DNA of 48,321 bases from Candidatus Saccharimonadales bacterium (GCA_036378995.1 DASUVJ010000032.1:1-48321), one strand, 5' to 3'; positions 25,304 to 34,765 are shown, numbered from the stretch's first letter. Numbers and translations: made by a program. Notes: a model not told the origin generated them from the sequence alone.

Positions 25304-25933
25304 TTACTCCTTATCGTAGCCAATCTCTTCGATATATTCAATCAGACGTCGAAGGCGATGAGTACGCGTCGTTTCATTAGGGTCATAAAAATCCGGGTTA
25401 TATTTCTTTAGAGCCCGAAACGTGTGCATGGCATCAATCGGGTCATCCGCAGCATGAAACACATTGCCTTGTGTCAATTTAATTGTCAGTTCATCATGTC
25501 GCTCAGGGTCATGCTCACCCTTACACCATCTATTAAAATCATCATCATCCACCACATCTTCAGGCTTGTGATAGCGATCCCTGAGGCTTGGATACCCATC
25601 ACTCCCTCGTTTTAATGAATTCAGCACATCCTGCGTCGGAACATCCTCCTCGCCTTCAAGCACCATGCCTAAGATTGCATGATCCGCCAGGTACCGACGC
25701 ATATTCGGATAAAACGGCTCATGGGTAGAATCTCGGTAGATGTAATCAATCGCTCCCCTATGAAGCCTGAACGGTGTCTGATGAACGGTGTAGATTCCGT
25801 TTTCTTCCAAGTCAGCTTGAAAACGAGGGGAAATAGCCTCGTAGCCAGGCTTTATAAAAGCAAAACCAAAGCGATGTGAAACAGGGAGCTCCGAAGAAGG
25901 CCCCGATTCGTGATCCGGGATGAATCTTGACAT
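25304..25933 (-). CDS. divergent nucleoside-diphosphate-kinase-like protein
   Basis: Best start is ATG 25933 (MSRFIPDHE..). The NDK-fold landmarks are FAFIKPGY..., LGMVLEGEEDV and GNVFHAADDP in place of N(x)xHGSD, with an acidic insertion between them. Track start is 25975. Confidence 0.5.
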   Translation of the reverse strand: MSRFIPDHESGPSSELPVSHRFGFAFIKPGYEAISPRFQADLEENGIYTVHQTPFRLHRGAIDYIYRDSTHEPFYPNMRRYLADHAILGMVLEGEEDVPTQDVLNSLKRGSDGYPSLRDRYHKPEDVVDDDDFNRWCKGEHDPERHDELTIKLTQGNVFHAADDPIDAMHTFRALKKYNPDFYDPNETTRTHRLRRLIEYIEEIGYDKE

Positions 25934-25940
25934 AGTGGGT

Positions 25941-25969
25941 ACTATACTGTATGATAAATTCAATAGCAA
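25941..25969 (-). promoter_or_regulatory. leaderless-type promoter for the NDK-like gene
   Basis: TTGCTA (25964-25969) - 17 nt - TATAGT (25941-25946) - 7 nt - ATG 25933. Confidence 0.6.
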
Positions 25970-26000
25970 GTACAAAAACTCACCCTAAAAAAGGAATAAA

Positions 26001-26978
26001 ATGGGAGCTCTTTCATCTTTTGTTGTTGTCGTGCCCGCGTATAACGAAGAGTCTACTATTATCGATGCGCTGGATAGCATCGTCGCAGCTTCCAAAGAGA
26101 CTTCTGTCAAATTAGAGCAGATCATCGTCTGTGTAAATGGTTGCACGGACGCTACCGAATCCCTAGTTCAAACATGGAAAGGTGGGCCACTCACGGTCAT
26201 ACGATCAAAGCGCGGCATGGTGCCTGCTATGAATCGTCTTATTTCATACGCCCGGAAATTCTACGGCAAGGCTGCCCTAATAAAAACAGATGGAGACACG
26301 ACGGTAAGCCCCAAAGCCTTCTATTATTTGTTCGAACAGCTGCGCCTCCACCCCGAGCTCATGGTAGCCGGCGGTCACCCCATACCCATAACAACCGGCT
26401 TGTCGCCGCTAAGGCGCATTACAGCGCGGGTAACATCCATTCGCTCTCATTATCCGCTAGCCGAAGTTGCGGTAAAAGACGTTGCGCATTATCATCCTTT
26501 CGCCATGAACCATCCTCTTCCGGGCATCGAAGCTCGCGAAGAACGGCTTAAAATTTATTTTCACGGACGGCTATGGTGCGTGCGACAGGCATCCACTCTA
26601 CCGCTCCTACCCAAGGACGCTATCGGCGAAGATGTCTTCTTGCCGGGATGGATGTTTAAAACGTTCGGCACATCAGCGATCCGAATCGACTATCGGGCTA
26701 CTGTCCAATTTAAAGCCAACTACAGTTTATGGCGACACTGGAAGGTATACCGCCGCGTCTACGAAGACCGTCAGCGCGTGTATGCACTGCCAGGATTTGA
26801 GGCTTACGCCGAACACTGCCCACTAAAGCTAGATTGGAGATACATCCAAAAGCATGTACCCTTCCGGGATAAGATTTACTTTTTGCTATACGACACATTG
26901 TCGCGTGCAGAAAAGGTATCGTTTCAACTGAGTGAATACCGCGAATCATTCTGGCACTATGAAGGGAAAGAACGATGA
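26001..26978 (+). CDS. family-2 glycosyltransferase
   Basis: 325 aa. VVVPAYNEESTIIDALDSI N-terminus, typical of the GT2 (GT-A) fold; the TDGD motif follows. Confidence 0.8.
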   Translation: MGALSSFVVVVPAYNEESTIIDALDSIVAASKETSVKLEQIIVCVNGCTDATESLVQTWKGGPLTVIRSKRGMVPAMNRLISYARKFYGKAALIKTDGDTTVSPKAFYYLFEQLRLHPELMVAGGHPIPITTGLSPLRRITARVTSIRSHYPLAEVAVKDVAHYHPFAMNHPLPGIEAREERLKIYFHGRLWCVRQASTLPLLPKDAIGEDVFLPGWMFKTFGTSAIRIDYRATVQFKANYSLWRHWKVYRRVYEDRQRVYALPGFEAYAEHCPLKLDWRYIQKHVPFRDKIYFLLYDTLSRAEKVSFQLSEYRESFWHYEGKER

Positions 26979-28066
26979 TCATCAATATCATCAATCCGCA
27001 TGCAAGCTACTACCTAGGAGGTACTGAAGTCGTGACGCTTGAACAAGCCCTCGCTCTAGGGCGTCGAGGTCATACAGTACGGTATTTTACCTGGGAGACG
27101 CCTATCTATTCGGACTACTTTGAGGCATTCCTGCAAAAAGCTAAAAACCTCGATATCACCCCAGTCTTAGTGCCGCGCGACCCTGCGCTGCCTATGGCCG
27201 ATGGCTCTTGGCCTCGCTATTATTATCTCTCAAACCGTTTTGGCATAGCAGCCCAGCCGTACTATGTACAGTACACTGACGCCGATCTGTTCGTCTCTCA
27301 TTTGAGTGCCGATAGTTTGTATGTTCCGTCTGGGGTAAAACATATTCTCCACCTTCACGGGACACCGTCCGTACCTGACGCGATGATTGATACCGCCCTC
27401 CAACTCCCAGACGCCGCACTCGCCCACGCAACTTCTATTCGGGACTGGTGGCACGAGTATTATCCTTCGCTTCCTATTGATTTCTTTAGAAACGGTATTG
27501 ATACGACTGCGTATCAGGGTTCACCAGCTGGCAAAAGGCCGATTGATGTCTTGTACGTCGGTCGTTTCATGGAGCATAAAGGTATTGGTGATATCCTTAC
27601 TGCCGTTTCAAGTGAAACAAGTGTGGTTATTGCAGGTCACGGCCCCTACGAAGCGACGCTTCGCTCTTTGATTCATGCGCGTGGTCTTCACAATGTTAAA
27701 ATCATCGTCAACCCTCCGACAGATGAGCTCAAGCTGCTCTATCGCCAAGCTAAATTATTCGTATGCCCATCCCGCGCCAAAGAAGGCGTGCTAACGACTA
27801 TGCTTGAGGCGGGAGCATCAGGTGCGGCCGTTATTACTGCCCATGGCTCTGGTATGACCGACCTCATTCAGGAGGATTATAACGGGGCTGTCGTGCCGGC
27901 AGGTTCGCCAAAAGAGCTCTCAAAAGCCATGCAGCGCCTCCTTGGGGACGAGAATGAGCGTATCCATTTGGCAGAAACGCTGCAGAAGAATATACGTAAT
28001 GAATGGTCATGGGAAGCTAAGGGCGAAGAGCTGGAAAACGCATATGCAAAACACCTCACAAAGTAG
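26975..28066 (+). CDS. family-4 (GT-B) glycosyltransferase
   Basis: 363 aa. C-terminal PSRAKEGVLTTMLEAGASGAAVITAHGSGMTDLI (EX7E-type motif). Overlaps the GT2 stop by 4 nt. Confidence 0.8.
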   Translation: MIINIINPHASYYLGGTEVVTLEQALALGRRGHTVRYFTWETPIYSDYFEAFLQKAKNLDITPVLVPRDPALPMADGSWPRYYYLSNRFGIAAQPYYVQYTDADLFVSHLSADSLYVPSGVKHILHLHGTPSVPDAMIDTALQLPDAALAHATSIRDWWHEYYPSLPIDFFRNGIDTTAYQGSPAGKRPIDVLYVGRFMEHKGIGDILTAVSSETSVVIAGHGPYEATLRSLIHARGLHNVKIIVNPPTDELKLLYRQAKLFVCPSRAKEGVLTTMLEAGASGAAVITAHGSGMTDLIQEDYNGAVVPAGSPKELSKAMQRLLGDENERIHLAETLQKNIRNEWSWEAKGEELENAYAKHLTK

Positions 28067-28898
28067 CTTGTTCGTTTCGACGGGTTCACTTACCGCCGAA
28101 GTAATAATTACAGGAATCGATGCTTTCATTGATACCTGTATCTCTCATCCTTTTTGGGAAGAATTCATCCCTTCAGTTCGTCTGAAGCGTTCCGTGGATC
28201 AGCAGCCTGTTATTACGTGGACGCTCTGTGAGTCTTCACAGCCCCGCTATGATCTCAATAATCGCCACATCGAAACCCCGGTCGAATATATTATGTGGGC
28301 CATTGTCATAATCGAGGCGGTCTTCGAGCAACTGCGACAAGCCGATGATTCTTATACGCTACACGGCTCAGTCGCCGCCCTTCACGATTCGGCCGTTGGT
28401 TTTATAGGAGGCGTATCGGGATTGGGCAAGACATCCGTCAGTACCTATATTGCCACTCATGGCGGACAATGGCTTTCTGACGAGAAATTTGTAGTAGATT
28501 CGCAAGGAATAATCACTGCAGGTGTCGGCCGAATTCTTAATGATGACAAAACACGTCGTTCAAGTAGGAATCGCCGGCCGGATGGAGTAACGGCGCCCGT
28601 ACCACTTCGCCTCCTATGCATCCCTATCCTTACATCAGAATCCGAGCCGACCGTTCATCTTTTGGACGAGCGACGGTCTACCTGGCAATTTTATGATGAG
28701 ATGTCGCGGGATATTCGTCAGATCAACGGTATGCTACAAGGCTTTAGCGAACCTCTTCCCTCCTTGGATACCCCCGAAATAGCCTTAAGGCGCGGGACTG
28801 CTGCAGCCTCTCTCGGTCGACATATACCTGTCGCGTATATTCGAGGCACCGCTTCGTCAATCACGAAGGAAATTCAACGACTCCTTAGCGAATCGTAA
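28044..28898 (+). CDS. HPr-kinase-like P-loop protein (HprK C-terminal-domain-related)
   Basis: Best start is ATG 28044 (track start 27942). LHGSVAALHDSAVGFIGGVSGLGKTSVSTYIATHGGQWLSDEKFVV matches the HprK-type Walker A region plus the downstream D-D/E segment. Confidence 0.5.
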   Translation: MQNTSQSSLFVSTGSLTAEVIITGIDAFIDTCISHPFWEEFIPSVRLKRSVDQQPVITWTLCESSQPRYDLNNRHIETPVEYIMWAIVIIEAVFEQLRQADDSYTLHGSVAALHDSAVGFIGGVSGLGKTSVSTYIATHGGQWLSDEKFVVDSQGIITAGVGRILNDDKTRRSSRNRRPDGVTAPVPLRLLCIPILTSESEPTVHLLDERRSTWQFYDEMSRDIRQINGMLQGFSEPLPSLDTPEIALRRGTAAASLGRHIPVAYIRGTASSITKEIQRLLSES

Positions 28899-29517
28899 AT
28901 GACACGTCTGCAAATGGCGAAACAAGCACCGTTTTCATTCCAAGAAGCCGAGCGGGCATAAGGTCATCAATCAACCCATCGCCAAGAACGCATACTTTTT
29001 CATGCGGCACGCCGTAATCTTTCGCTATCATCTTTAGGTTCGCAGTAGAGGGCTTCTCTCGTCCTGTTCTCTCTCGATGATAAACATCGGCTTGATAGCC
29101 GCCTAGACTATCTGTTATCACAGCCTCACCCTGGGAAGTATAGATCACGTACGGTATCGAAAGACGTTCCAAAAATTCTCGAGCGGCAGATGTAATACGC
29201 GCTGGGTGCATGCCTCGTTGTAAAATATCGTCAGTAGTTGCGGGCCGTTCAAGTATCTCACGCTCTAAAAAGAGCTCAAGAGACTGCTCTAGCGTAGCAG
29301 TTCGGTCGGCCATGTACTGCGTATCTGTAAAAACAGCAAAATCAGCAAGATGCATTTCATGCCCTTCACCTAACAGTTCGGCTAAATACGCATACTTTTG
29401 AACGTAGTAGTCATCTAACACCCCGTTGAAATCACTTATCAGGAGCTTGATATCATGCTGCTTTAAAAAAGTATCTATAGCAGCGAACTGTTCGCGCGAA
29501 GCAGTTTTTGTGATCAC
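28885..29517 (-). CDS. HAD-superfamily hydrolase (motif I variant DFNGV)
   Basis: 210 aa. LLISDFNGVLDD (motif I, with Asn in place of the second Asp) and GDGLIDDLMPA (motif IV). Confidence 0.7.
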   Translation of the reverse strand: MITKTASREQFAAIDTFLKQHDIKLLISDFNGVLDDYYVQKYAYLAELLGEGHEMHLADFAVFTDTQYMADRTATLEQSLELFLEREILERPATTDDILQRGMHPARITSAAREFLERLSIPYVIYTSQGEAVITDSLGGYQADVYHRERTGREKPSTANLKMIAKDYGVPHEKVCVLGDGLIDDLMPARLLGMKTVLVSPFADVSFTIR

Positions 29518-30353
29518 TTGACGTCCTCGTGGCGTGCGTGAGTATCATGCCAAGATGGAATCGTACTGCCGCGGACGACACTCAGAGCCTTTGTAAGAGG
29601 CTTTTGAAGTGGGGTATTTCGAAGGACTCCATTATACGAAAATAACTTATACCATAGAAATAGCTCCCTATAGCGTCGTTCTGTCTGCGCCTCGCTCATC
29701 CATTCATCACGGGGTAGCCAGGGGCCAAATTCCCCCGAAGCGCCGTACTCATATTCGTAGTCAGGGTGAATTGCATCCCGCTCAATATCTTTTTGATTAA
29801 TGACCTGAAAAGACTTATAACCAAGTTCGCGAAGAAGAGCGAGTTCATCGCGAACTTTTTCGAATGAATCGACATCCGACTCTAGGGATACATATGCAGG
29901 ACGCGTGTCAATTTCCCTGAGGCCCTCGAGACATACCGTATCGACGCCTTCGATATCGGTTTTCATGTAATACGGTACACCGTGTTCGCGTAGCGCATCA
30001 GCAAATACAATTCGAGGCACAGTAATAACTTTTGCATCTTTGCCACTTCGTTCTTCGTACAGAGCAGCACGATCCGCGACAACCGTTCCCCATGCACTCT
30101 TATCGTTAACAAAGAAGTCTACAGTATCACCTTGTGATGATGACGGATCTACGATCGCGCCGTGTACGATCGTCAGGCGACCATCATTAACCTCGTCACG
30201 AAATCGATCATGGTTTTGCTCTACTAGTTCAGGGCTTGCCTCGAAAGCCACCACTTGATAACCACGGCGCAAATAATGCGCAGTATCCTGCCCTGTATCC
30301 ATGCCCACGTCATAAACTAGTGTATCGTTTTTTGTTACTCGTTCGCTTGCCAT
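29514..30353 (-). CDS. FkbM-family SAM-dependent methyltransferase
   Basis: 279 aa. VYDVGMDTGQDTAHYLRRGYQVVAFEASP SAM-binding region. TATAGT (30361-30366) lies 7 nt upstream of the ATG. Confidence 0.7.
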   Translation of the reverse strand: MASERVTKNDTLVYDVGMDTGQDTAHYLRRGYQVVAFEASPELVEQNHDRFRDEVNDGRLTIVHGAIVDPSSSQGDTVDFFVNDKSAWGTVVADRAALYEERSGKDAKVITVPRIVFADALREHGVPYYMKTDIEGVDTVCLEGLREIDTRPAYVSLESDVDSFEKVRDELALLRELGYKSFQVINQKDIERDAIHPDYEYEYGASGEFGPWLPRDEWMSEAQTERRYRELFLWYKLFSYNGVLRNTPLQKPLTKALSVVRGSTIPSWHDTHARHEDVK

Positions 30354-30415
30354 AATTGTAACTATATTGACATATTTCTATTATTTTAGCAAGATCATAA
30401 CACCTTTCGACAATA

Positions 30416-30448
30416 AAAATGCACCGTCATTTTCAGGCGGTGCATTTT
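30416..30448. terminator. intrinsic terminator after fusA
   Basis: aaaatgcaccg (30416-30426) pairs with cggtgcatttt (30438-30448). Confidence 0.85.
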
Positions 30449-30460
30449 ATTCCAAAAAGA

Positions 30461-32557
30461 CTATTTGCTTGCGCGCTTTTCGATGATTTCCTGCGCTACG
30501 TTTGGTGGTACTTCTTCGTACTGCGCAAGTTCCATGGTGCTGGCTGCACGACCCTGGCTCATCGAGCGGAGGTCGTTAGTGTAACCAAACATGCTTGCAA
30601 GAGGTACATACGCACGGATCAGCTTGGCGCCACCAGGAATATCTTCCATAGCGTCGATGCGGCCACGGCGAGAGTTAAGGTCGCCGATTACGTCACCCAT
30701 GAAGTCTTCAGGAGTACTGACTTCTACCTTCATGACAGGCTCGAGAAGAACTGGGCTTGCCTGCTTTACACCTTCGCGTGTTGCAAGGCTACCAGCAAGT
30801 TTAAAGGCCAGTTCGCTTGAGTCCACGTCGTGGTAGCTACCATCGTAAAGGGTCGCCTTAACATCAACTACTGGGTAGCCGGCGATAACACCGCCGTCAA
30901 GCGTTTCGCGCACACCAGCTTCAACAGGTTTGCGGTATTCCTGAGGGACAACACCACCCTTGATTTCGTCGAAGAACTCGAAGCCTTTGCCAGGTTCGTT
31001 TGGTTCGAAGCGGATCCATACGTCACCGTACTGACCACGTCCACCAGATTGCTTGGCGTGCTTACCCTGTACTGCAGAGGTACCCTTGATAGATTCACGG
31101 AAGGCAACCTGAGGCTCACCGATGTTCGCTTCAACGTTAAATTCACGCTTCATACGGTCGATAAGGATGTCGAGGTGAAGCTCACCCATTCCAGACATAA
31201 TTGTCTGACCGGTTTCTTCGTCGGTGTGAACGCGGAAAGTTGGGTCTTCTTCGGCAAGACGCTGCAGGGCGATACCCATTTTTTCCTGGTCGCTCTTGGT
31301 CTTTGGCTCAACAGCGATCGATACTGGCGGTTCCTGGAACTCAATACCTTCAAGTTGGATTGGGTTTGCTGGGTCAGCAAGGGTCGCACCAGTAAAGGTG
31401 TCCTTAAGACCGACGACAGCAGCGATGTCGCCAGCGCCTACTGAGTCAATTTCTTCACGCTTGTCAGCGTGCATACGAACGATACGTCCAACACGCTCCT
31501 TGTTGCCGCTTGTCGTGTTAAGCACGTAGCTACCAGCGGTCAACTTACCACTGTATACACGAACAAAGATCAGCTTACCAACAAATGGGTCGGTAGCAAT
31601 TTTGAAAGCGAGAGCCGCAAGAGGTTCAGTCTCGGCAGGCTTGCGTTCGATAACGTCGCCGCTCTTAGGGTTAGTACCCTGGATAGCGTCAACATCAAGT
31701 GGAGATGGAAGGTATTCAGCAACAAGGTCAAGAACCTTCTCTACGATCACACCACGACCGTCACCACCGGTAACCAGGAAGAAGTCACCAGCAAGTACAC
31801 GCTTACGAAGCGCGACACGAAGTTCGTCAACGGTAATAGATTCTTCACCACTTTCAAGGAAGCGCTCGAAGAGTTCGTCATCGGCTTCAACAGCTGCCTC
31901 AACAAGCAGGCTGCGGGCGTGCTTTGCTTTTTCAAGCATGTCAGCAGGAATTTCACCCTGAACAAGTGCCTTGTCGGTGTAGTCACTGTAGGTGTAAGCC
32001 TTCATGTCTACGAGGTCAACAAGACCGTTGATCTCTTTTTCAAAACCGATAGGAAGGTGAATAGGAAGAGCGTGCTTTGAAAGACGGTTGTGAATTGACT
32101 CAAGAGATTTGTAAAAGTCACCACCAATCTGGTTGATCTTGTTAATGAAACAAATACGAGGCACGCCGTACTTGTTAGCTTGGCGCCATACGGTTTCGGT
32201 CTGAGCTTCAACACCCATCTTACCGTCGAATACGGTTACAGCACCGTCAAGAACACGAAGTGAACGCTCAACCTCAGCGGTAAAGTCGATGTGGCCTGGG
32301 GTGTCGATGATGTTAATCTTGTGACCCTTCCAAAAACACGTTACAGCAGCAGAAGTAATGGTGATACCGCGTTCTTTTTCCTGTGCCATCCAGTCGGTAG
32401 TGGCGCTATCGCCGTCTGCACCACGAACCTCACCAATCTTGTGGTTGATTCCGGTACGGTACAAAATACCTTCAGTTGTGGTTGTCTTACCCGCGTCGAT
32501 GTGGGCGATGATACCGATGTTACGAAAGTCCTTTAGCGGGACGTTTTGCTGAGCCAT
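30461..32557 (-). CDS. fusA: elongation factor G
   Basis: 698 aa. [20 protein letters not shown] and NKID motifs. Confidence 0.98.
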   Translation of the reverse strand: MAQQNVPLKDFRNIGIIAHIDAGKTTTTEGILYRTGINHKIGEVRGADGDSATTDWMAQEKERGITITSAAVTCFWKGHKINIIDTPGHIDFTAEVERSLRVLDGAVTVFDGKMGVEAQTETVWRQANKYGVPRICFINKINQIGGDFYKSLESIHNRLSKHALPIHLPIGFEKEINGLVDLVDMKAYTYSDYTDKALVQGEIPADMLEKAKHARSLLVEAAVEADDELFERFLESGEESITVDELRVALRKRVLAGDFFLVTGGDGRGVIVEKVLDLVAEYLPSPLDVDAIQGTNPKSGDVIERKPAETEPLAALAFKIATDPFVGKLIFVRVYSGKLTAGSYVLNTTSGNKERVGRIVRMHADKREEIDSVGAGDIAAVVGLKDTFTGATLADPANPIQLEGIEFQEPPVSIAVEPKTKSDQEKMGIALQRLAEEDPTFRVHTDEETGQTIMSGMGELHLDILIDRMKREFNVEANIGEPQVAFRESIKGTSAVQGKHAKQSGGRGQYGDVWIRFEPNEPGKGFEFFDEIKGGVVPQEYRKPVEAGVRETLDGGVIAGYPVVDVKATLYDGSYHDVDSSELAFKLAGSLATREGVKQASPVLLEPVMKVEVSTPEDFMGDVIGDLNSRRGRIDAMEDIPGGAKLIRAYVPLASMFGYTNDLRSMSQGRAASTMELAQYEEVPPNVAQEIIEKRASK

Positions 32558-32683
32558 TTGGTGGTTCTCTTCCTTGTCGTTAATTATTCGTTAGCTTATT
32601 TTTGCCATCAAAAAATAGCGCTTCTGACTTATTTTAGCAGAAAATCACCACAAATACTAGATGCGATGAATAGTCTGACCTCA

Positions 32684-32710
32684 TAAAACCCGCCTATTTA
32701 CAGGGCGGGC
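32684..32710 (-). terminator. intrinsic terminator after the 32732..33118 membrane gene
   Basis: Minus strand reads CCCGCC-ctgtaaata-GGCGGG followed by TTTTA. Confidence 0.65.
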
Positions 32711-32731
32711 GTATATTTTAATAACAGTCGT

Positions 32732-33118
32732 TTACATAGCCATATGGTCAGTAGTAGCAGGTGTTCGCTGCGAGCAGATCACCACGAGAATCACCGCAAT
32801 GCCAACAATGACGTGCGGCACCCAGGCATTGAGCGCTTCGTCGTTAAATCCGAAGATGAACGGTGATAGTAGTAGAAGAACGGCAGCAGCAATATCGATC
32901 ATCAGATGATACGGCATGCTGATTACCTTAATGACACCCCATTCGTAATCTGTCAGTAAGCTATAGAGGAATAGTCCGATACCCAGCACCATCGGAACCA
33001 TGACCGCCGCACCACCTACGGATTGAAAACCAAATATCATCGGGGCAAAAATCAAGGCGATCGCCACTATGTAATCTAATGCACCGTGCACCTTCGTAGG
33101 TATAAATCGATAAGACAT
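32732..33118 (-). CDS. four-TM membrane protein built from an internal duplication (SPW-repeat-like)
   Basis: 128 aa. ALDYIVAIALIFAPMIFGF is repeated as LMIDIAAAVLLLLSPFIFGF. AAAGGAGG RBS. Confidence 0.65.
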   Translation of the reverse strand: MSYRFIPTKVHGALDYIVAIALIFAPMIFGFQSVGGAAVMVPMVLGIGLFLYSLLTDYEWGVIKVISMPYHLMIDIAAAVLLLLSPFIFGFNDEALNAWVPHVIVGIAVILVVICSQRTPATTDHMAM

Positions 33119-33210
33119 ACCTTCCTCCTTTGTTATATTTGTACTTTTATAGTACGCCGGCGGTCAGTTTTTGGGTGTAAGAAATCCTACAACAAGTCTA
33201 TACTTACACT

Positions 33211-33822
33211 ATGGAAAGCGCGCGGTTCATCCGGCAATATCCGGTAAGAAGTTTTAGTAAGGGAGAGGTACTTTTTAGCGAAGGCGACTCCCCGACTTCC
33301 CTACTCGCACTCCGCAGGGGCTTCGTTAAAGTCACTTCGCTTGATGACGACGGCAATGAGCGGCTTATATGGATTGCCGGCCGTTATGACTTAGCCCCCA
33401 CAGAACAGCTATTTACATCCGTGCCGTTGAACTTCTTTTATACGGCGCTAAGTGATGGCGAAGCGTACGAGGTTAATAAGCAGGAGTTCATAACTACAGC
33501 AAAAGCCGACCTCTCTTTTTTAGCGGACGTTGCCTCGACCATGGGACATCATTATAGCGACCTACTTGAACGGATCGACACGATGGGTAAATCCACCATC
33601 AGAGCGAAGCTCATCGCCACTCTTCGTTATCTTGCAAAGCGTTTCGGCACAGGTGAAGATATTGACCTCTATGGCATAGGACTAGAACTTACCCAGCAAG
33701 ACTTTGCCGAAATGATAGGCTCAACGCGTGAGACAACCTCAGTTGAGCTTCATAAACTGCGCGAAGAAGGTTTTATAAACTACGGGCGGTCGCACTTCGT
33801 CATCTTAAACAAAGAACTATAA
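33211..33822 (+). CDS. Crp/Fnr-family transcriptional regulator
   Basis: 203 aa. N-terminal cNMP-binding-type barrel and C-terminal HTH LTQQDFAEMIGSTRETTSVELHKLREEG. TATACT (33199-33204) lies 6 nt before the ATG. Confidence 0.8.
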   Translation: MESARFIRQYPVRSFSKGEVLFSEGDSPTSLLALRRGFVKVTSLDDDGNERLIWIAGRYDLAPTEQLFTSVPLNFFYTALSDGEAYEVNKQEFITTAKADLSFLADVASTMGHHYSDLLERIDTMGKSTIRAKLIATLRYLAKRFGTGEDIDLYGIGLELTQQDFAEMIGSTRETTSVELHKLREEGFINYGRSHFVILNKEL

Positions 33823-33823
33823 T

Positions 33824-33854
33824 AAAAAGACCCTCGAAACCGAAGGTCTTTTTA
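33824..33854. terminator. bidirectional terminator (convergent crp-like gene and rpsG)
   Basis: agaccctcg (33828-33836) pairs with cgaaggtct (33841-33849) with one mismatch. A/T runs flank the stem. Confidence 0.75.
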
Positions 33855-33869
33855 TCTGCCGTAAGCTGA

Positions 33870-34349
33870 TTAGCCGCGGGCGAAGTGAGCGAATGCTCGG
33901 TTGGCTTCTGCCATCTTGTGAGTGTCTTCCTTCTTCTTGAAGGCGGCACCGGCTTCGTTGTATGCATCAACGATTTCAAGTGCAAGACGGGTTGCGTATG
34001 GCATACCGCTGCGGGCACGAGCCGACTGGACGAGCCAGCTGTAGGCGTAGTGCAATTGACGGTGGCCAGATACCGGGAATGGAATCTGGTAGTTCGCACC
34101 ACCGACACGACGAGATTTAACTTCGAAGTTTGGTGAAACGTTCTTAAGCGCACGTTCGAATACCGCTAGTGGGTCTTCGCTGTCGAGCTTCTTTGCAGCC
34201 ATTTCAAGTGCGTCGTAAACAGCACGTTCTGCAACAAGCTTTTTGCCGTCAAGCATAGACTTGTTGATCAGGCGCTGTACATAAACGCTCTGGTATTTGC
34301 GGTCAGGCTTTAGCTCGCGCTGAAGCTTCTTGGTAACTTTACGAGGCAT
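33870..34349 (-). CDS. rpsG: 30S ribosomal protein S7
   Basis: 159 aa. MPRKVTKKLQRELKPDRKY. Confidence 0.97.
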   Translation of the reverse strand: MPRKVTKKLQRELKPDRKYQSVYVQRLINKSMLDGKKLVAERAVYDALEMAAKKLDSEDPLAVFERALKNVSPNFEVKSRRVGGANYQIPFPVSGHRQLHYAYSWLVQSARARSGMPYATRLALEIVDAYNEAGAAFKKKEDTHKMAEANRAFAHFARG

Positions 34350-34351
34350 TT

Positions 34352-34765
34352 CTACTTGTCCTCCTTCTTAGCACCGTACTTAGAACGACCCTGCTTGCGC
34401 TTTGCAACGCCTTGGAGGTCGAGTGCGCCACGTACGATGTGGTAACGCACACCTGGAAGGTCTGGTACACGGCCACCGCGTACGAGCACAACGGCGTGTT
34501 CCTGAAGGTTGTGACCCTCACCACCGATGTATGCCCAAACTTCCTGCTGGTTCGTCAGACGAACACGAGCAACCTTACGAAGAGCCGAGTTCGGCTTCTT
34601 TGGGGTCTTAGTAGTTACCTTGATACAAACACCGCGCTTCAAAGGACCGGTCTGGTCGTAGTAGCGGGTCTTCAGTGCGTTGTGGATCTTGCCGAGCGCA
34701 GGAGACTTTGACTTTTTGATCGCAGTCTTGCGTGGCTTTCGCACCAATTGGTTGATTGTTGGCAT
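34352..34765 (-). CDS. rpsL: 30S ribosomal protein S12
   Basis: 137 aa. [13 protein letters not shown]...[10 protein letters not shown]. Confidence 0.97.
   Translation of the reverse strand: MPTINQLVRKPRKTAIKKSKSPALGKIHNALKTRYYDQTGPLKRGVCIKVTTKTPKKPNSALRKVARVRLTNQQEVWAYIGGEGHNLQEHAVVLVRGGRVPDLPGVRYHIVRGALDLQGVAKRKQGRSKYGAKKEDK

Noticed and set aside
25778-25784. CTGATGA heptamers elsewhere (25778 on the plus strand in the NDK-like gene; minus strand at 37711-37717 in rpoC) as possible extra hammerheads
   Set aside because: Neither has a stem II followed by GAAA, or pairing for stems I and III. They are chance occurrences inside coding sequence.
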